Of a stretch of 64,000 nucleotides of DNA, positions 29,058 through 37,604 are shown piece after piece; the first letter of the stretch is position 1, and every line of letters starts with the position of its first letter. Source of the DNA: an uncultured Gammaproteobacteria bacterium (GTDB lineage: Bacteria > Patescibacteriota > Patescibacteriia > Magasanikbacterales > GWA2-37-8); contig CAZXML010000003.1 of NCBI GenBank assembly GCA_964641245.1, positions 17,395 through 81,394 of the forward strand, read 5' to 3'. Both the position numbers and the translations under genes were made by a program. The notes below the pieces were generated by a model that was given only the letters and a program-made list of their open reading frames with translations, was not told where the DNA came from and ran no database searches.

Positions 29058-30314
29058 TCAATGACTGCGGGAAAAGGAAACGCCGATGTCATCATTGGAG
29101 ACGTCCGGATTCCAGGAGCTGACGATCGCGCCGCCAACATCGAACCCACCAACGCAGACGAGCTTACCATACGAAGAAAGGCGCCCTGTCCATGTTTGCG
29201 TTTTTTCTAATAAACGATCCTTATTGGGACCGGATTGAAAAAGAACGAGTAAATCATAGATTACCTCTGTTGGCGATTGTCGCGTAAGCCGGGTTAATTT
29301 AAGTTCAGAAAGTTGTTTTGCCGCTTTTTGCCAATTTGAACCGATCAATTGCTCCAGCGCGACTTTCTTCTTTTCAAACTCACCAATTGCCTCTTGATAT
29401 TGTTTTGGCAAAGGCCCGCCTTTGAATACTTTATCTTTCAAGTAACCGGCTAAAATGGCGGTTTGATTGATAAAATTTTTATTAGTTGAATCTGGAATAA
29501 CGTTCTTGGCCACCAATGCCCAACCAAGTTTCGGCGTGTCTTTTTTAAAAAAATCTTGATTTTTATACCAATCGGTGGAATAGAGAATTTTGCCGGACTT
29601 TTCCTTGTCCAGCTTTGGCTGGAGCGTTTCTTGCATTTTCTCCACAGTCAAAGGCTGGCCACCGGCTGTTTTGTCCACGCGCAATATCAAAAACTGACCA
29701 AGCTCTTTCGCTCGCTCTAAATCTTCTTTGGAAAATGGGATTTCCGGAATGTTCTCCGCTTCTAGCCGGATGCCAAAAGTTTTTTCCACTTCTTCGGGGC
29801 CAAAGACATTTTGCTTGCCGATGGTTTCAATGGCTGTTGTGATTTGTTCCGTACTGGCGGATTCCGAATTTATTTTGGAAGTGAGTGTTTCCAACTCACT
29901 TCTTATACCTCTTACCTCGTTAAGCCTGCCAGCCATCTCGGCCGCGTATTCCGGACCAAGTTTAGAAGCGAGCTCGGCTTGCTCCCGGCGTAATTCTTTA
30001 ATTTGTTCCGCTATCAATTGGCGTCCTTCTTTAATATCATCAAAATTTATTTGCGGCGGAATTTTTTCTTCTTTTTTTTCTTTGTGAAAAAATTTCTTTT
30101 TTTGTTTTGGCCGCGCCGATTCTTCGGTTTTCAAGACATCATTCATGATAGCCAGCTCTTCTGCCAAATCAAAAATTTGCTTGTCAATTTTAAACAATTC
30201 TTTTTCAATGACCTTTTTTTCTTCATCCGTCAAACTAGGCCTGCTCTCCGGAAATTTTATGATCTCCCCGGCAAATTCGGGGCGAAGATTTATAAATTTT
30301 GAATTTTCTGACAT
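29058..30314 (-). CDS. Hypothetical 418-aa protein with a long N-terminal coiled-coil and a C-terminal globular domain
   Basis: No family recognised. Contains A8/A7 homopolymer tracts encoding KQKKKFFHKEKKEEK. Translationally coupled to the upstream MazG-like ORF (4 nt gap). Confidence 0.5.
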   Translation of the reverse strand: MSENSKFINLRPEFAGEIIKFPESRPSLTDEEKKVIEKELFKIDKQIFDLAEELAIMNDVLKTEESARPKQKKKFFHKEKKEEKIPPQINFDDIKEGRQLIAEQIKELRREQAELASKLGPEYAAEMAGRLNEVRGIRSELETLTSKINSESASTEQITTAIETIGKQNVFGPEEVEKTFGIRLEAENIPEIPFSKEDLERAKELGQFLILRVDKTAGGQPLTVEKMQETLQPKLDKEKSGKILYSTDWYKNQDFFKKDTPKLGWALVAKNVIPDSTNKNFINQTAILAGYLKDKVFKGGPLPKQYQEAIGEFEKKKVALEQLIGSNWQKAAKQLSELKLTRLTRQSPTEVIYDLLVLFQSGPNKDRLLEKTQTWTGRLSSYGKLVCVGGFDVGGAIVSSWNPDVSNDDIGVSFSRSH

Positions 30315-30318
30315 AAAA

Positions 30319-30663
30319 TTAATTATATTTTCCTATTCTAGCCGCCACCGCGTACTGATAAAAATATTTTTCTAACGCTTCCGGTGAATCTTTATATTGA
30401 TTATCACCATAAAAAACATCCGCCAAAACTTCACGCGACCGGCACAGTTCTTTTACACGCGCGCCACTCCAACGAGCGTCGGCAATCGTAAAATCCAATA
30501 ACTCCAGTCCTCTTTCTAGCGCTTTTTTGGTCTGTTCTAAATTACCTTTTTTGCGCCAATTAGCTGCGCGCCCCACTTCACTCCCAACATTTCCAAGTTG
30601 TTCGCTCAAAGACATTTCTAACCATCTGCCTTCGGATAAATTTTTATGAATGTAGTCAGGCAT
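30319..30663 (-). CDS. MazG-like all-alpha nucleotide pyrophosphohydrolase domain protein (putative)
   Basis: 114 aa. LSEQLGNVGSEV...LERGLELLDFTIADARW resembles the two EExGE / EEIGD helices of small MazG/YpjD proteins. Catalytic Glu residues are partly substituted. Confidence 0.4.
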   Translation of the reverse strand: MPDYIHKNLSEGRWLEMSLSEQLGNVGSEVGRAANWRKKGNLEQTKKALERGLELLDFTIADARWSGARVKELCRSREVLADVFYGDNQYKDSPEALEKYFYQYAVAARIGKYN

Positions 30664-30686
30664 ATTTTAATTGTTTACGCAACATA

Positions 30687-30770
30687 CCCCTCTCTCTGTC
30701 TCTCCCCTAAAAGGGGAGAGGACGATTGAGTGAATTGACATTGCCTGTCGTGGTCGTTCCTCCCCGCTTT
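30687..30770. repeat. Family E palindromic element (cccctctctctgtctctcccctaaaaggggagagg) plus a related tcgttcctcccc half
   Basis: Other copies at 43515-43625 and 45792-45886. Confidence 0.8.
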
Positions 30771-30795
30771 TAAAAAAAACAAAATAAAAATATTT

Positions 30796-31143
30796 TCAAC
30801 CAACTAACTTATTAACAACTTCCAAAATTTTATGTCGTATTGCTTCGTTTTCTACACCACGCGACCGATTATTTTGTCTCGGCCGGATGTTAATCATTGA
30901 ATCAAACTCCACCAAATCTTCGCCTGTATTATCAGGATACAGGTTAATTCCCCACAAATCAGCCTGCTTTGAGCCACTCTCAAGCAACACCGCTTCCTCA
31001 TCGGCATGCATTTCGCCGCCAATAGCCATCATACCATTCGCTAAATCAACAACACACTTTACCATATCACCAAAACGTTCCTCGGCCTTTTTTTTAAGCT
31101 CGGAATGGCTAATTTTTTCGGTGATAATTTTTATCTCAGACAT
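30796..31143 (-). CDS. Conserved hypothetical small protein (DUF5674-like)
   Basis: 115 aa. MSEIKIITEKISHSELKKKAEERFGDMVKCVVDL...AIGGEMHADEEAVLLESGSKQADLWGINLYP. Confidence 0.4.
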   Translation of the reverse strand: MSEIKIITEKISHSELKKKAEERFGDMVKCVVDLANGMMAIGGEMHADEEAVLLESGSKQADLWGINLYPDNTGEDLVEFDSMINIRPRQNNRSRGVENEAIRHKILEVVNKLVG

Positions 31144-31149
31144 AAAATA

Positions 31150-32145
31150 TTAAGAATACAACTCCGCCAACTCCACCAACCGGTGCGCGTAGCCGACTTC
31201 GTTGTCGTACCAGGCAACTACTTTTACCAGATTTCCACCCACCACGTTGGTTAAAGACAAATCAACCGTGGCGGAATAAGCGCTGCCTCTGAAATCAGAG
31301 GAAACCAACGGTTCGCTTGTGGTGGTTAGTACGCCGGCAAAACGATCGGTTTTGGCCGCTTTCATAAAAGCCTCATTTACTTCTTCTTTGGTGACATTTT
31401 TTTTAAGCAAAACTGTAATATCGGAAAGAGAACTGACAAGCACCGGTACGCGCAATGCCAAACCGTCAAAAGCTCCGGACAAATCCGGAATTACTTCGGC
31501 GGTAGCAGTGGCCGCGCCTGTGCTGGTGGGCACAATATTTTCCGCCGCGGCTCTGGCCCGGCGTAAATCTTTATGCGGGCCGTCCTGCAAATTTTGATCC
31601 GCGGTATAGCCATGCACCGTGCTCATCATGGCTTTTTCAATTCCAAAATTTTCATGCAAAACCGCCATTACCGGAGCGATACAATTGGTGGTGCAAGAAG
31701 CGTTATTTATTACCGAAGATTTTTCTTCCCCTACTTTACCGCAATTTACCGCGCGCACATAAGTTGGCACATCGCCACCCTTTGCCGGAGCGCTAATAAT
31801 TACTTTTCTTGCCCCCGCCTTAATATGCATTTCTGCGCCTTCCTTATTTGTAAACCGGCCGGTACATTCCAAAACAACATCCACCTTCAACTTTCCCCAA
31901 GGCAATATAGTTGGGTCTTTTTCCGCAAAGACCGGAATTTTTTTACCGTTTACAATTAAATTTTTCTCATCAAATTCTACCGGCAGATTATAATGACCGT
32001 AGGCAGTATCATATTTTAATAAATGCGCCAATGTTTTGGTGTCGGTTAAATCGTTGATGGCGACAACTTTTATATCTTTTTTAGTGATGGCAACTTTGAA
32101 AGCCTGTCTTCCTATCCTTCCAAACCCGTTTATTGCAATATTCAT
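31150..32145 (-). CDS. gap: Glyceraldehyde-3-phosphate dehydrogenase, type I
   Basis: 331 aa. NGFGRIGR and active site ASCTTNCIAPV. Confidence 0.95.
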   Translation of the reverse strand: MNIAINGFGRIGRQAFKVAITKKDIKVVAINDLTDTKTLAHLLKYDTAYGHYNLPVEFDEKNLIVNGKKIPVFAEKDPTILPWGKLKVDVVLECTGRFTNKEGAEMHIKAGARKVIISAPAKGGDVPTYVRAVNCGKVGEEKSSVINNASCTTNCIAPVMAVLHENFGIEKAMMSTVHGYTADQNLQDGPHKDLRRARAAAENIVPTSTGAATATAEVIPDLSGAFDGLALRVPVLVSSLSDITVLLKKNVTKEEVNEAFMKAAKTDRFAGVLTTTSEPLVSSDFRGSAYSATVDLSLTNVVGGNLVKVVAWYDNEVGYAHRLVELAELYS

Positions 32146-32170
32146 AATATTTTTAATAAATTATTTTAAT

Positions 32171-32534
32171 TGTCATCCTGAATGAAATGAAGGATCTCTG
32201 TCTTGTCCAATTAACTGATTATACAAGTCCTGCCATCTAAAATTTTGTTTTGTTATGATTTCCACTTTTCTATTACGCTTCCAGCCTTTCAATTCTTTTT
32301 CTCTTTTAATAGCATCATTTATATTAAAAAAGTGTTCATAATATACCAATTTTTTACACTTATATTTTTTCGTAAAGCCATCGATTATTCCGGCTCTGTG
32401 TTCTTCTACTCGTCTAATAAGGTCATTTGTCACTCCTATATAATACACAACTTACACTAGCCATTATGTATACATAATAATTGTGATTGGCCATAAGAAA
32501 CAGACAGAGATTCTTCGCTTTGCTCAGAATGACA
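32171..32534. mobile_element. Family B element, full-length form: its terminal inverted repeats enclose a GIY-YIG ORF
   Basis: Left arm tgtcatcctgaatgaaatgaaggatctctgtc (32171-32202) and right arm gacagagattcttcgctttgctcagaatgaca (32503-32534). These are the same arms that bound the about 80 bp MITE copies. The ORF stop TGA lies inside the left arm. The right arm is followed by a 3x atgggaca tandem. Confidence 0.6.
32173..32448 (-). CDS. GIY-YIG nuclease family protein (UPF0213/YhbQ-like), N-terminally truncated
   Basis: YYIGVTNDLIRRVEEHRAG = YxG...TxDLxRRxxEH core. GTG start with in-frame TAA two codons upstream. The first beta-strand (GIY) is missing. Confidence 0.65.
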   Translation of the reverse strand: MYYIGVTNDLIRRVEEHRAGIIDGFTKKYKCKKLVYYEHFFNINDAIKREKELKGWKRNRKVEIITKQNFRWQDLYNQLIGQDRDPSFHSG

Positions 32535-32560
32535 ATGGGACAATGGGACAATGGGACAAT
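32535..32560. repeat. Tandem repeat (atgggaca)x3 abutting the family B right terminus
   Basis: Seen directly. The unit resembles the element terminus (attgtca / attgtccc on the minus strand). Confidence 0.7.
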
Positions 32561-32578
32561 ACCGAAATTATACCGCAA

Positions 32579-33934
32579 CTAAACGACTTTCGCAAATATA
32601 CATTTCAAATACTCCCCTTCGGTAAAAGCCACCAATTCCGGATGGTCTATGCCGTGGGTATAGGTTTCCAAAACCTGCAAAGTCTGGCGCGCCCGGCCGG
32701 CTGATTCGGATAACATATATCTAAAATCAGATAAAGTAACGTGGGCCGAACAAGAGGCTGTAATCAGTACGCCACCTGGTGATAATAATCGTAAAGACGC
32801 TTCGTTTATTTTTTTATAACCAATTAATCCTTCCTGAACTTTGCGCCTGTCTTTTACAAAGGCCGGCGGATCCAGGATGATGATGTCAAATTGACTTGAA
32901 CCTGACCTCACCCTGCCCTCTCCTCGCAGGAGAGGATTTATCGACTCCTTCTCCTTTGAGGAGAAGGTTGGGATGAGGTCTGGATTATTCAAATACTGCT
33001 TCACATCCCCGCAAATAAATTCGCATTTTTTTAAATCTAATTTATTAAGTTTTACGTTTTCTTGGGCCAATTCCAAGGCGCTCTGAGAAGAATCCACGCT
33101 AATCACATGCTTGGCTCCCCCGCCCAAAGCATAGACGCTAAACCCGCCGGAATAAGAAAAACAGTTCAAAACATTTTTATCTTCCGCGTATTTCATCAAC
33201 GCCTGTCTTTTATCGCGCTGGTCCAGAAAAAAACCGGTTTTTTGCCCGCCAATCACATCCACCCAGAACTTAAATCCGTTTTCAATAATTTTTATTCTCT
33301 CAGGCACTTTGCCATACAATAGGCCTGCGAGCGCTGTTTTATTTGTCATTCCGACGTCGAAGGAGGAATCTCTGTCTGGTTGTTTCGCGGAAGGGTGAGA
33401 CAGAGATCCCTCGTCGGCTACGGCCTCGCTCGGGATGACAATGTGCCGCTTAAGCCTCTGCGCCACATCCGATCTTTCATAAATACCGGTTGGTTTTAAG
33501 ATTTTTTTTAAGGCGTCAACGATTTTATCTTTCCACACTTCCATGCCCTGCGTATGAAACTGCAACACCAAATAATCCGCGTATTTGTCTACAATCAACC
33601 CGGGCAACAAATCGTTTTCACTGTGAACCATGCGGTAAGAATCCGTATTTTTACTAGCCACAAAATTCTTTCTGATGGCATAGGCCTGATTAATTCTTTT
33701 TTCAAAAAATTTGTCATCCACCGTTTCCTGTTCGTCCCAACTCCAAAGCCGCACCGCTATTTGCGAATAAGAATTAAAATATCCCTGCGCCAGAAATTGA
33801 CCTTCTTCGTTTACCAAAATCACCGCTTCGCCGCTTTTTAGGCCTTCGGGAATCTGTTTGAGCGCGCCAGAAAATACCCACGGGTGACGGCCAAGGATAG
33901 GACCAATTCTTTGTTTTTGAACAACCAACTTCAT
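32579..33934 (-). CDS. rlmI: 23S rRNA m5C methyltransferase RlmI-like (PUA + class I MTase) with two in-frame palindromic-repeat insertions
   Basis: Start MKLVVQKQRIGPILGRHPWVF. FDIIILDPPAF and SAM-binding GGFS motifs. Insertions at 32903-32979 and 33344-33440. Confidence 0.75.
   Translation of the reverse strand: MKLVVQKQRIGPILGRHPWVFSGALKQIPEGLKSGEAVILVNEEGQFLAQGYFNSYSQIAVRLWSWDEQETVDDKFFEKRINQAYAIRKNFVASKNTDSYRMVHSENDLLPGLIVDKYADYLVLQFHTQGMEVWKDKIVDALKKILKPTGIYERSDVAQRLKRHIVIPSEAVADEGSLSHPSAKQPDRDSSFDVGMTNKTALAGLLYGKVPERIKIIENGFKFWVDVIGGQKTGFFLDQRDKRQALMKYAEDKNVLNCFSYSGGFSVYALGGGAKHVISVDSSQSALELAQENVKLNKLDLKKCEFICGDVKQYLNNPDLIPTFSSKEKESINPLLRGEGRVRSGSSQFDIIILDPPAFVKDRRKVQEGLIGYKKINEASLRLLSPGGVLITASCSAHVTLSDFRYMLSESAGRARQTLQVLETYTHGIDHPELVAFTEGEYLKCIFAKVV
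32903..32979. repeat. Family F palindromic element inside rlmI (in-frame)
   Basis: gacctcaccctgccctctcctcgcaggagagg ... ctccttctcctttgaggagaaggttgggatgaggtc. Encodes PTFSSKEKESINPLLRGEGRVRSGSS. Confidence 0.75.
33344..33440. repeat. Family B2 palindromic element inside rlmI (in-frame)
   Basis: tgtcattccgacgtcgaaggaggaatctctgtc ... gagacagagatccctcgtcggc...cgggatgaca. Related copy at 35529-35624. Confidence 0.8.
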
Positions 33935-34019
33935 CATGATAAATGGATTATTAATAATTGAGAGTATACCAAACAAAAACACCCAGCGCAATGGCCGGGT
34001 GTTTTCTTAATATAAATTT

Positions 34020-35384
34020 TTAGAGACTGTTAAGCGCGGCACGGGTGGCTGGACCAACCCAACCTGGGTATGGTTTGAGGCTCTGCGCTTTCTGAAAGGC
34101 TACCACCGCGGCTCTAGTAACTCCGCCAAAGAATCCGGTATCGGTAGGATAGGTGAAATAACCCAACTCTCTAAGTTTGGCTTGTAACGCCTTTACCTCG
34201 TTGCTTCTGGAACCTACTCTAAGCTGCGTACGGAACACGGCAACCGAAGAAGCGGTTGATGGAAGTGAAACTGAAGCTGGGGTTGCAGGTGTGGCTGGTG
34301 TGGCAGGAACAGCAGGAGAAACACCGGGAACTGCCGGAGTAGCCGGTGTGGCCGGAGTAGCGGGTACCCCAACGTTTCCACCGCCAACCATTGGTGCTCC
34401 ACAACCTTCGGTGGTCGCGCTGACAGTTGAAGACCAAGCTGTTTCTACAAGATCCCCATTCCGTCCCTTAACGCGGAATGAATGAGAAGTATTGCATGGA
34501 ATTTGAAGCACACTTAAACTGGTGGCTGTAGTCCATCCGGTATTAGTACCGGCGGTGATGTCTTCAGCATAGTAAGCGGTAGATTCTCCGGTCCATGAAA
34601 AAGCAAAATTATTTGACCCGGCAGTAACCGCTGCAGAAGAAGGGGTGTTGGCAAGAGTATACGCGCTAACACCAGTGCTGTAACTCGTTGTCTGGGTACT
34701 ATTACCATTAACGGCAGCCACCTGAATGGTATGCAAGGTATTCGCGGTTAATCCAAGAGTGGTAGTCCCACTGTTAGACCCAAGGTCCACAAATTCTATA
34801 GTGGCGGTAGCCGCTCCCCAAGTACTGTTGGATTGTAAGTACAAACCCTGAGCAGAATCAAAAACTATATAACTTGTCCCTACCGGATTGGTTGACGAGT
34901 TAACAGTTAATGTAAAGGTAGTGGGAGCGGTGGAAGTTGCGGTGGAAACTGTGCCCGGTGTAGCGGCATAAGTCCAAGCAGTGGTGCTGGCAAAAGGAGC
35001 TGATGAAGAAGCGACCGCGTCGCCACCACCTGCTCTAAAGTAGTAAAGTGTGTCTGTTGCCAAACCCACGAACATAAAAGCTCCCCAATAACCTTCAGTT
35101 ACTGTGGTGGTCGCTTGCGTGGTTGTTGGACCCCAGGTAGTGCCATTAGTAGAACTGCTGAAACCGAAAATCTGACTGGAGTCGTTGGAACTGGTGGAAA
35201 ACCGAAACAGAATCGCGTTCGTGGTGGTTACGGTAGCTGTTCCGGTAGTGGAATTTATCGCCGTTGCGGCGTTGGCGCTACTAATTTTCCAAACCAAAAA
35301 AGTTAGACTTAAAAGCCCAACCAAAAAGGCGAACACTAACATTTTAGATGTGTTTATTTTTTCCCGCAGAGAAGACAATGTCAT
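34020..35384 (-). CDS. Secreted/anchored Thr/Ser-rich surface protein with Fn3-like region, PAT-repeat linker and C-terminal peptidoglycan-binding domain (PG_binding_1)
   Basis: N-terminal TM/signal. (PATPAT)n linker. C-terminus VKALQAKLRELGYF...GFFGGVTRAAVVAFQKA. Confidence 0.55.
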   Translation of the reverse strand: MTLSSLREKINTSKMLVFAFLVGLLSLTFLVWKISSANAATAINSTTGTATVTTTNAILFRFSTSSNDSSQIFGFSSSTNGTTWGPTTTQATTTVTEGYWGAFMFVGLATDTLYYFRAGGGDAVASSSAPFASTTAWTYAATPGTVSTATSTAPTTFTLTVNSSTNPVGTSYIVFDSAQGLYLQSNSTWGAATATIEFVDLGSNSGTTTLGLTANTLHTIQVAAVNGNSTQTTSYSTGVSAYTLANTPSSAAVTAGSNNFAFSWTGESTAYYAEDITAGTNTGWTTATSLSVLQIPCNTSHSFRVKGRNGDLVETAWSSTVSATTEGCGAPMVGGGNVGVPATPATPATPAVPGVSPAVPATPATPATPASVSLPSTASSVAVFRTQLRVGSRSNEVKALQAKLRELGYFTYPTDTGFFGGVTRAAVVAFQKAQSLKPYPGWVGPATRAALNSL

Positions 35385-35528
35385 AGATTAAAAGTTTAAT
35401 CCCAAATTAAGTTTGGGAATGAGATTTTTAAAGTTGATAATATTATAACACATAATTAAAAGCGCTACCAAATACAACCTGTGGATAACTAACAAAAAAG
35501 ACCCGCCGAGCGGCGGGTCTTTTTTGTT

Positions 35529-35624
35529 TGTTATTCCGACAACGAAGGAGGAATCTCTGTCCTCTTCGCTTCGAAACCACCAGACAGAGATCCCTCGTCG
35601 GCGCGAGCCTCGCTCGGGATGACA
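35529..35624. repeat. Family B2 palindromic element
   Basis: ttattccgacaacgaaggaggaatctctgtc ... cagacagagatccctcgtcggcgcgagcctcgctcgggatgaca. Confidence 0.75.
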
Positions 35625-35627
35625 AAA

Positions 35628-36485
35628 CTATTTCAACTGCGCCTCTACTTCCGAAGCAAAGTCACAGCCGACTTTGGTTAGGCCTTCGCCTAACTCAAAT
35701 CGTTCCATTCTGGCAATGGTAACATCGGCTCCGAGTAATTTCTGAATTGTTTTTTCTTCATCTTTGATAAACGGCTGTTCCAACAAACAAACTTCGCTGT
35801 AAAACTTGTCTAGCTTGCCTATTAGGATTTTTTCGATGGCGGCTTCCGGTTTGCCTTGTTGTTTTAGCTGTTCGGTGTAAATTTCTTTTTCTTTTTCTAC
35901 AACTTCTACCGGGACTTCGTCGCGACTGATATATTTTGGATTGGCCGCGGCGGCGTGCATGGCAATATCATTGGCCAAAGCAGAATCGGTAGTATTTTTT
36001 AATAGTATCAAAACCGAAATCTTTCCGCCCAAATGAGAATAGGCGCCAAAAACATCGGCGTCGGTTTTTTCCACCACAGCGAAACGGCGCAGAACAATTT
36101 TCTCTCCGATTTTTGCGGTGAGATTATTTATTTTTTCGGTAACAACCGGAGACATTGCCTCTTCCGTTGAAGCCGGCTTGTTCTCCAGTAAATTATCGGT
36201 TAATTCATTTACCAATTTTTTGAAGTCTTCGTTTTGCGCCACAAAATCGGTTTCGGAATTCACCTCTAAAACCACAGCGGTGTTGCCGCTTACTTTTACT
36301 TGCGTAGCGCCTTCGGCCGCAATTTTGTCTGTGCGTTTGGCCGCTTTCACAATCCCTTTTTTGCGGAGCAATTCCCCGGCCTTTTCCATATCCCCTTCGG
36401 CTTCATCCATCGCTTTCTTGCAATCCATCATACCGGCGCCGGTAAGGGAACGAAGTTTTGCTACGTCTGATGCGCTTATTGACAT
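35628..36485 (-). CDS. tsf: Elongation factor Ts
   Basis: 285 aa. LRSLTGAGMMDCKKAMDEAEGDMEKA. Confidence 0.9.
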   Translation of the reverse strand: MSISASDVAKLRSLTGAGMMDCKKAMDEAEGDMEKAGELLRKKGIVKAAKRTDKIAAEGATQVKVSGNTAVVLEVNSETDFVAQNEDFKKLVNELTDNLLENKPASTEEAMSPVVTEKINNLTAKIGEKIVLRRFAVVEKTDADVFGAYSHLGGKISVLILLKNTTDSALANDIAMHAAAANPKYISRDEVPVEVVEKEKEIYTEQLKQQGKPEAAIEKILIGKLDKFYSEVCLLEQPFIKDEEKTIQKLLGADVTIARMERFELGEGLTKVGCDFASEVEAQLK

Positions 36486-36596
36486 ATTAAAATAAAATTA
36501 TGATTATGAAATTAAGAAATTTACTCACCAACGCTCGCTGAAATTATTTCCTAATTTCTTAATTTCGCGAGGCTAGCCGAGCATATTTCCGGTTAT

Positions 36597-37379
36597 TTAC
36601 ACCGACTCATCTTTCTTCAGCGCCCGTCTCTCAATCTTTACCGCGTCGTGCTTTACCGGTTCTTCCTTGGCGCGTTCCAACTTTTTCTTTTCAAATTCTT
36701 TACGGCCTTCGTTTACGGCTTCGGCTACCATTTCCACAATTAATTTTATGGAGTTGACGGCATCGTCGTTGGCCGGGATGGCGTAGTTTACCTGTTCCGG
36801 ATTAACGTTGGTGTCGCAGACGGCCACGGTTGGCACTTCGGTTCTGGTAGCTTCGGCTAAAGCGGTTTTTTCGGTGCGCATATCGGCAATGTAAAGCGCG
36901 TCCGGCATTTTATCCAAAGAAGTTAAACCGATTAAATATTTATCCAATTTTTCCAATGTTTTTTTCATGGTGACCTGTTCTTTTTTGGTATATTTTTCGA
37001 TTTCTCCGGTGGCAAACATTTCTTTTAAGTTGTGATATTTTTTCAAACGGCGTTTCACTTCATCAAAATTTGTTAACAATCCGCCGATCCAGCGTTCTAC
37101 CAAATAAGGCATTTCACAACTGATGGCGGCCGCTTTGGTGATTTCTCTGGCCTGACGTTTGGTGCCGACAAATAAAATAACTTGACCTTTTGCGGCCAAA
37201 TTTTTGACGTAATTCAGAGCCTTCTCAAGCTGTTCTTGAGTTTTTTCCAAATCGATAATATGCACGCCGTTGCGTACGCCAAAGATGTATTGTTCCATCT
37301 TGGGGTGCCAGCGTGATTTTTGATGGCCAAAGTGTACTCCGGCCTTCAACATTTCCAACAATGTTGGCATTTTACTCAT
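36597..37379 (-). CDS. rpsB: 30S ribosomal protein S2
   Basis: 260 aa. LLEMLKAGVHFGHQKSRWHPKM. Confidence 0.95.
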   Translation of the reverse strand: MSKMPTLLEMLKAGVHFGHQKSRWHPKMEQYIFGVRNGVHIIDLEKTQEQLEKALNYVKNLAAKGQVILFVGTKRQAREITKAAAISCEMPYLVERWIGGLLTNFDEVKRRLKKYHNLKEMFATGEIEKYTKKEQVTMKKTLEKLDKYLIGLTSLDKMPDALYIADMRTEKTALAEATRTEVPTVAVCDTNVNPEQVNYAIPANDDAVNSIKLIVEMVAEAVNEGRKEFEKKKLERAKEEPVKHDAVKIERRALKKDESV

Positions 37380-37516
37380 ATTTTCCTTATAATTGCCTCC
37401 TAGCCTTGCCCCGGAATGGTCCGTAGGGAGGAAAAAAGTGGCTAGCGAGAGATTAAATTAAGATACGGACAGTATATATGAAGGAAAGAAATGAGTCAAG
37501 AGGTGTGTAAGCTGGT

Positions 37517-37544
37517 TTGACAAACCGCTAAAAAGTGATAGACT
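37517..37544 (+). promoter_or_regulatory. Sigma70-like promoter TTGACA-16-TAGACT for the TPR protein gene
   Basis: ttgacaaaccgctaaaaagtgatagact. RBS AAAGGAGGG 7 nt before ATG 37605. Confidence 0.55.
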
Positions 37545-37604
37545 ATGCAGTTGTCCGGGAAGGCGTTTTCCGGACAAAAAGTTTACCCAAAGGAGGGTCG
37601 AAAA

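Noticed and set aside
32449-32500. Longer GIY-YIG N-terminus in another frame (MASVSCVLYRSDK)
   Set aside because: The resemblance to the YVYILRCSDG strand comes from a different frame over the same nucleotides as the true YYIGVTNDL segment. The in-frame path is blocked by two TAA codons.
32535-32560. Possible CRISPR array (atgggaca x3; also gaaattN x5 at 58379)
   Set aside because: The units are only 7-8 nt with no spacers; these are simple tandem repeats. No repeat-spacer architecture exists anywhere in the window.
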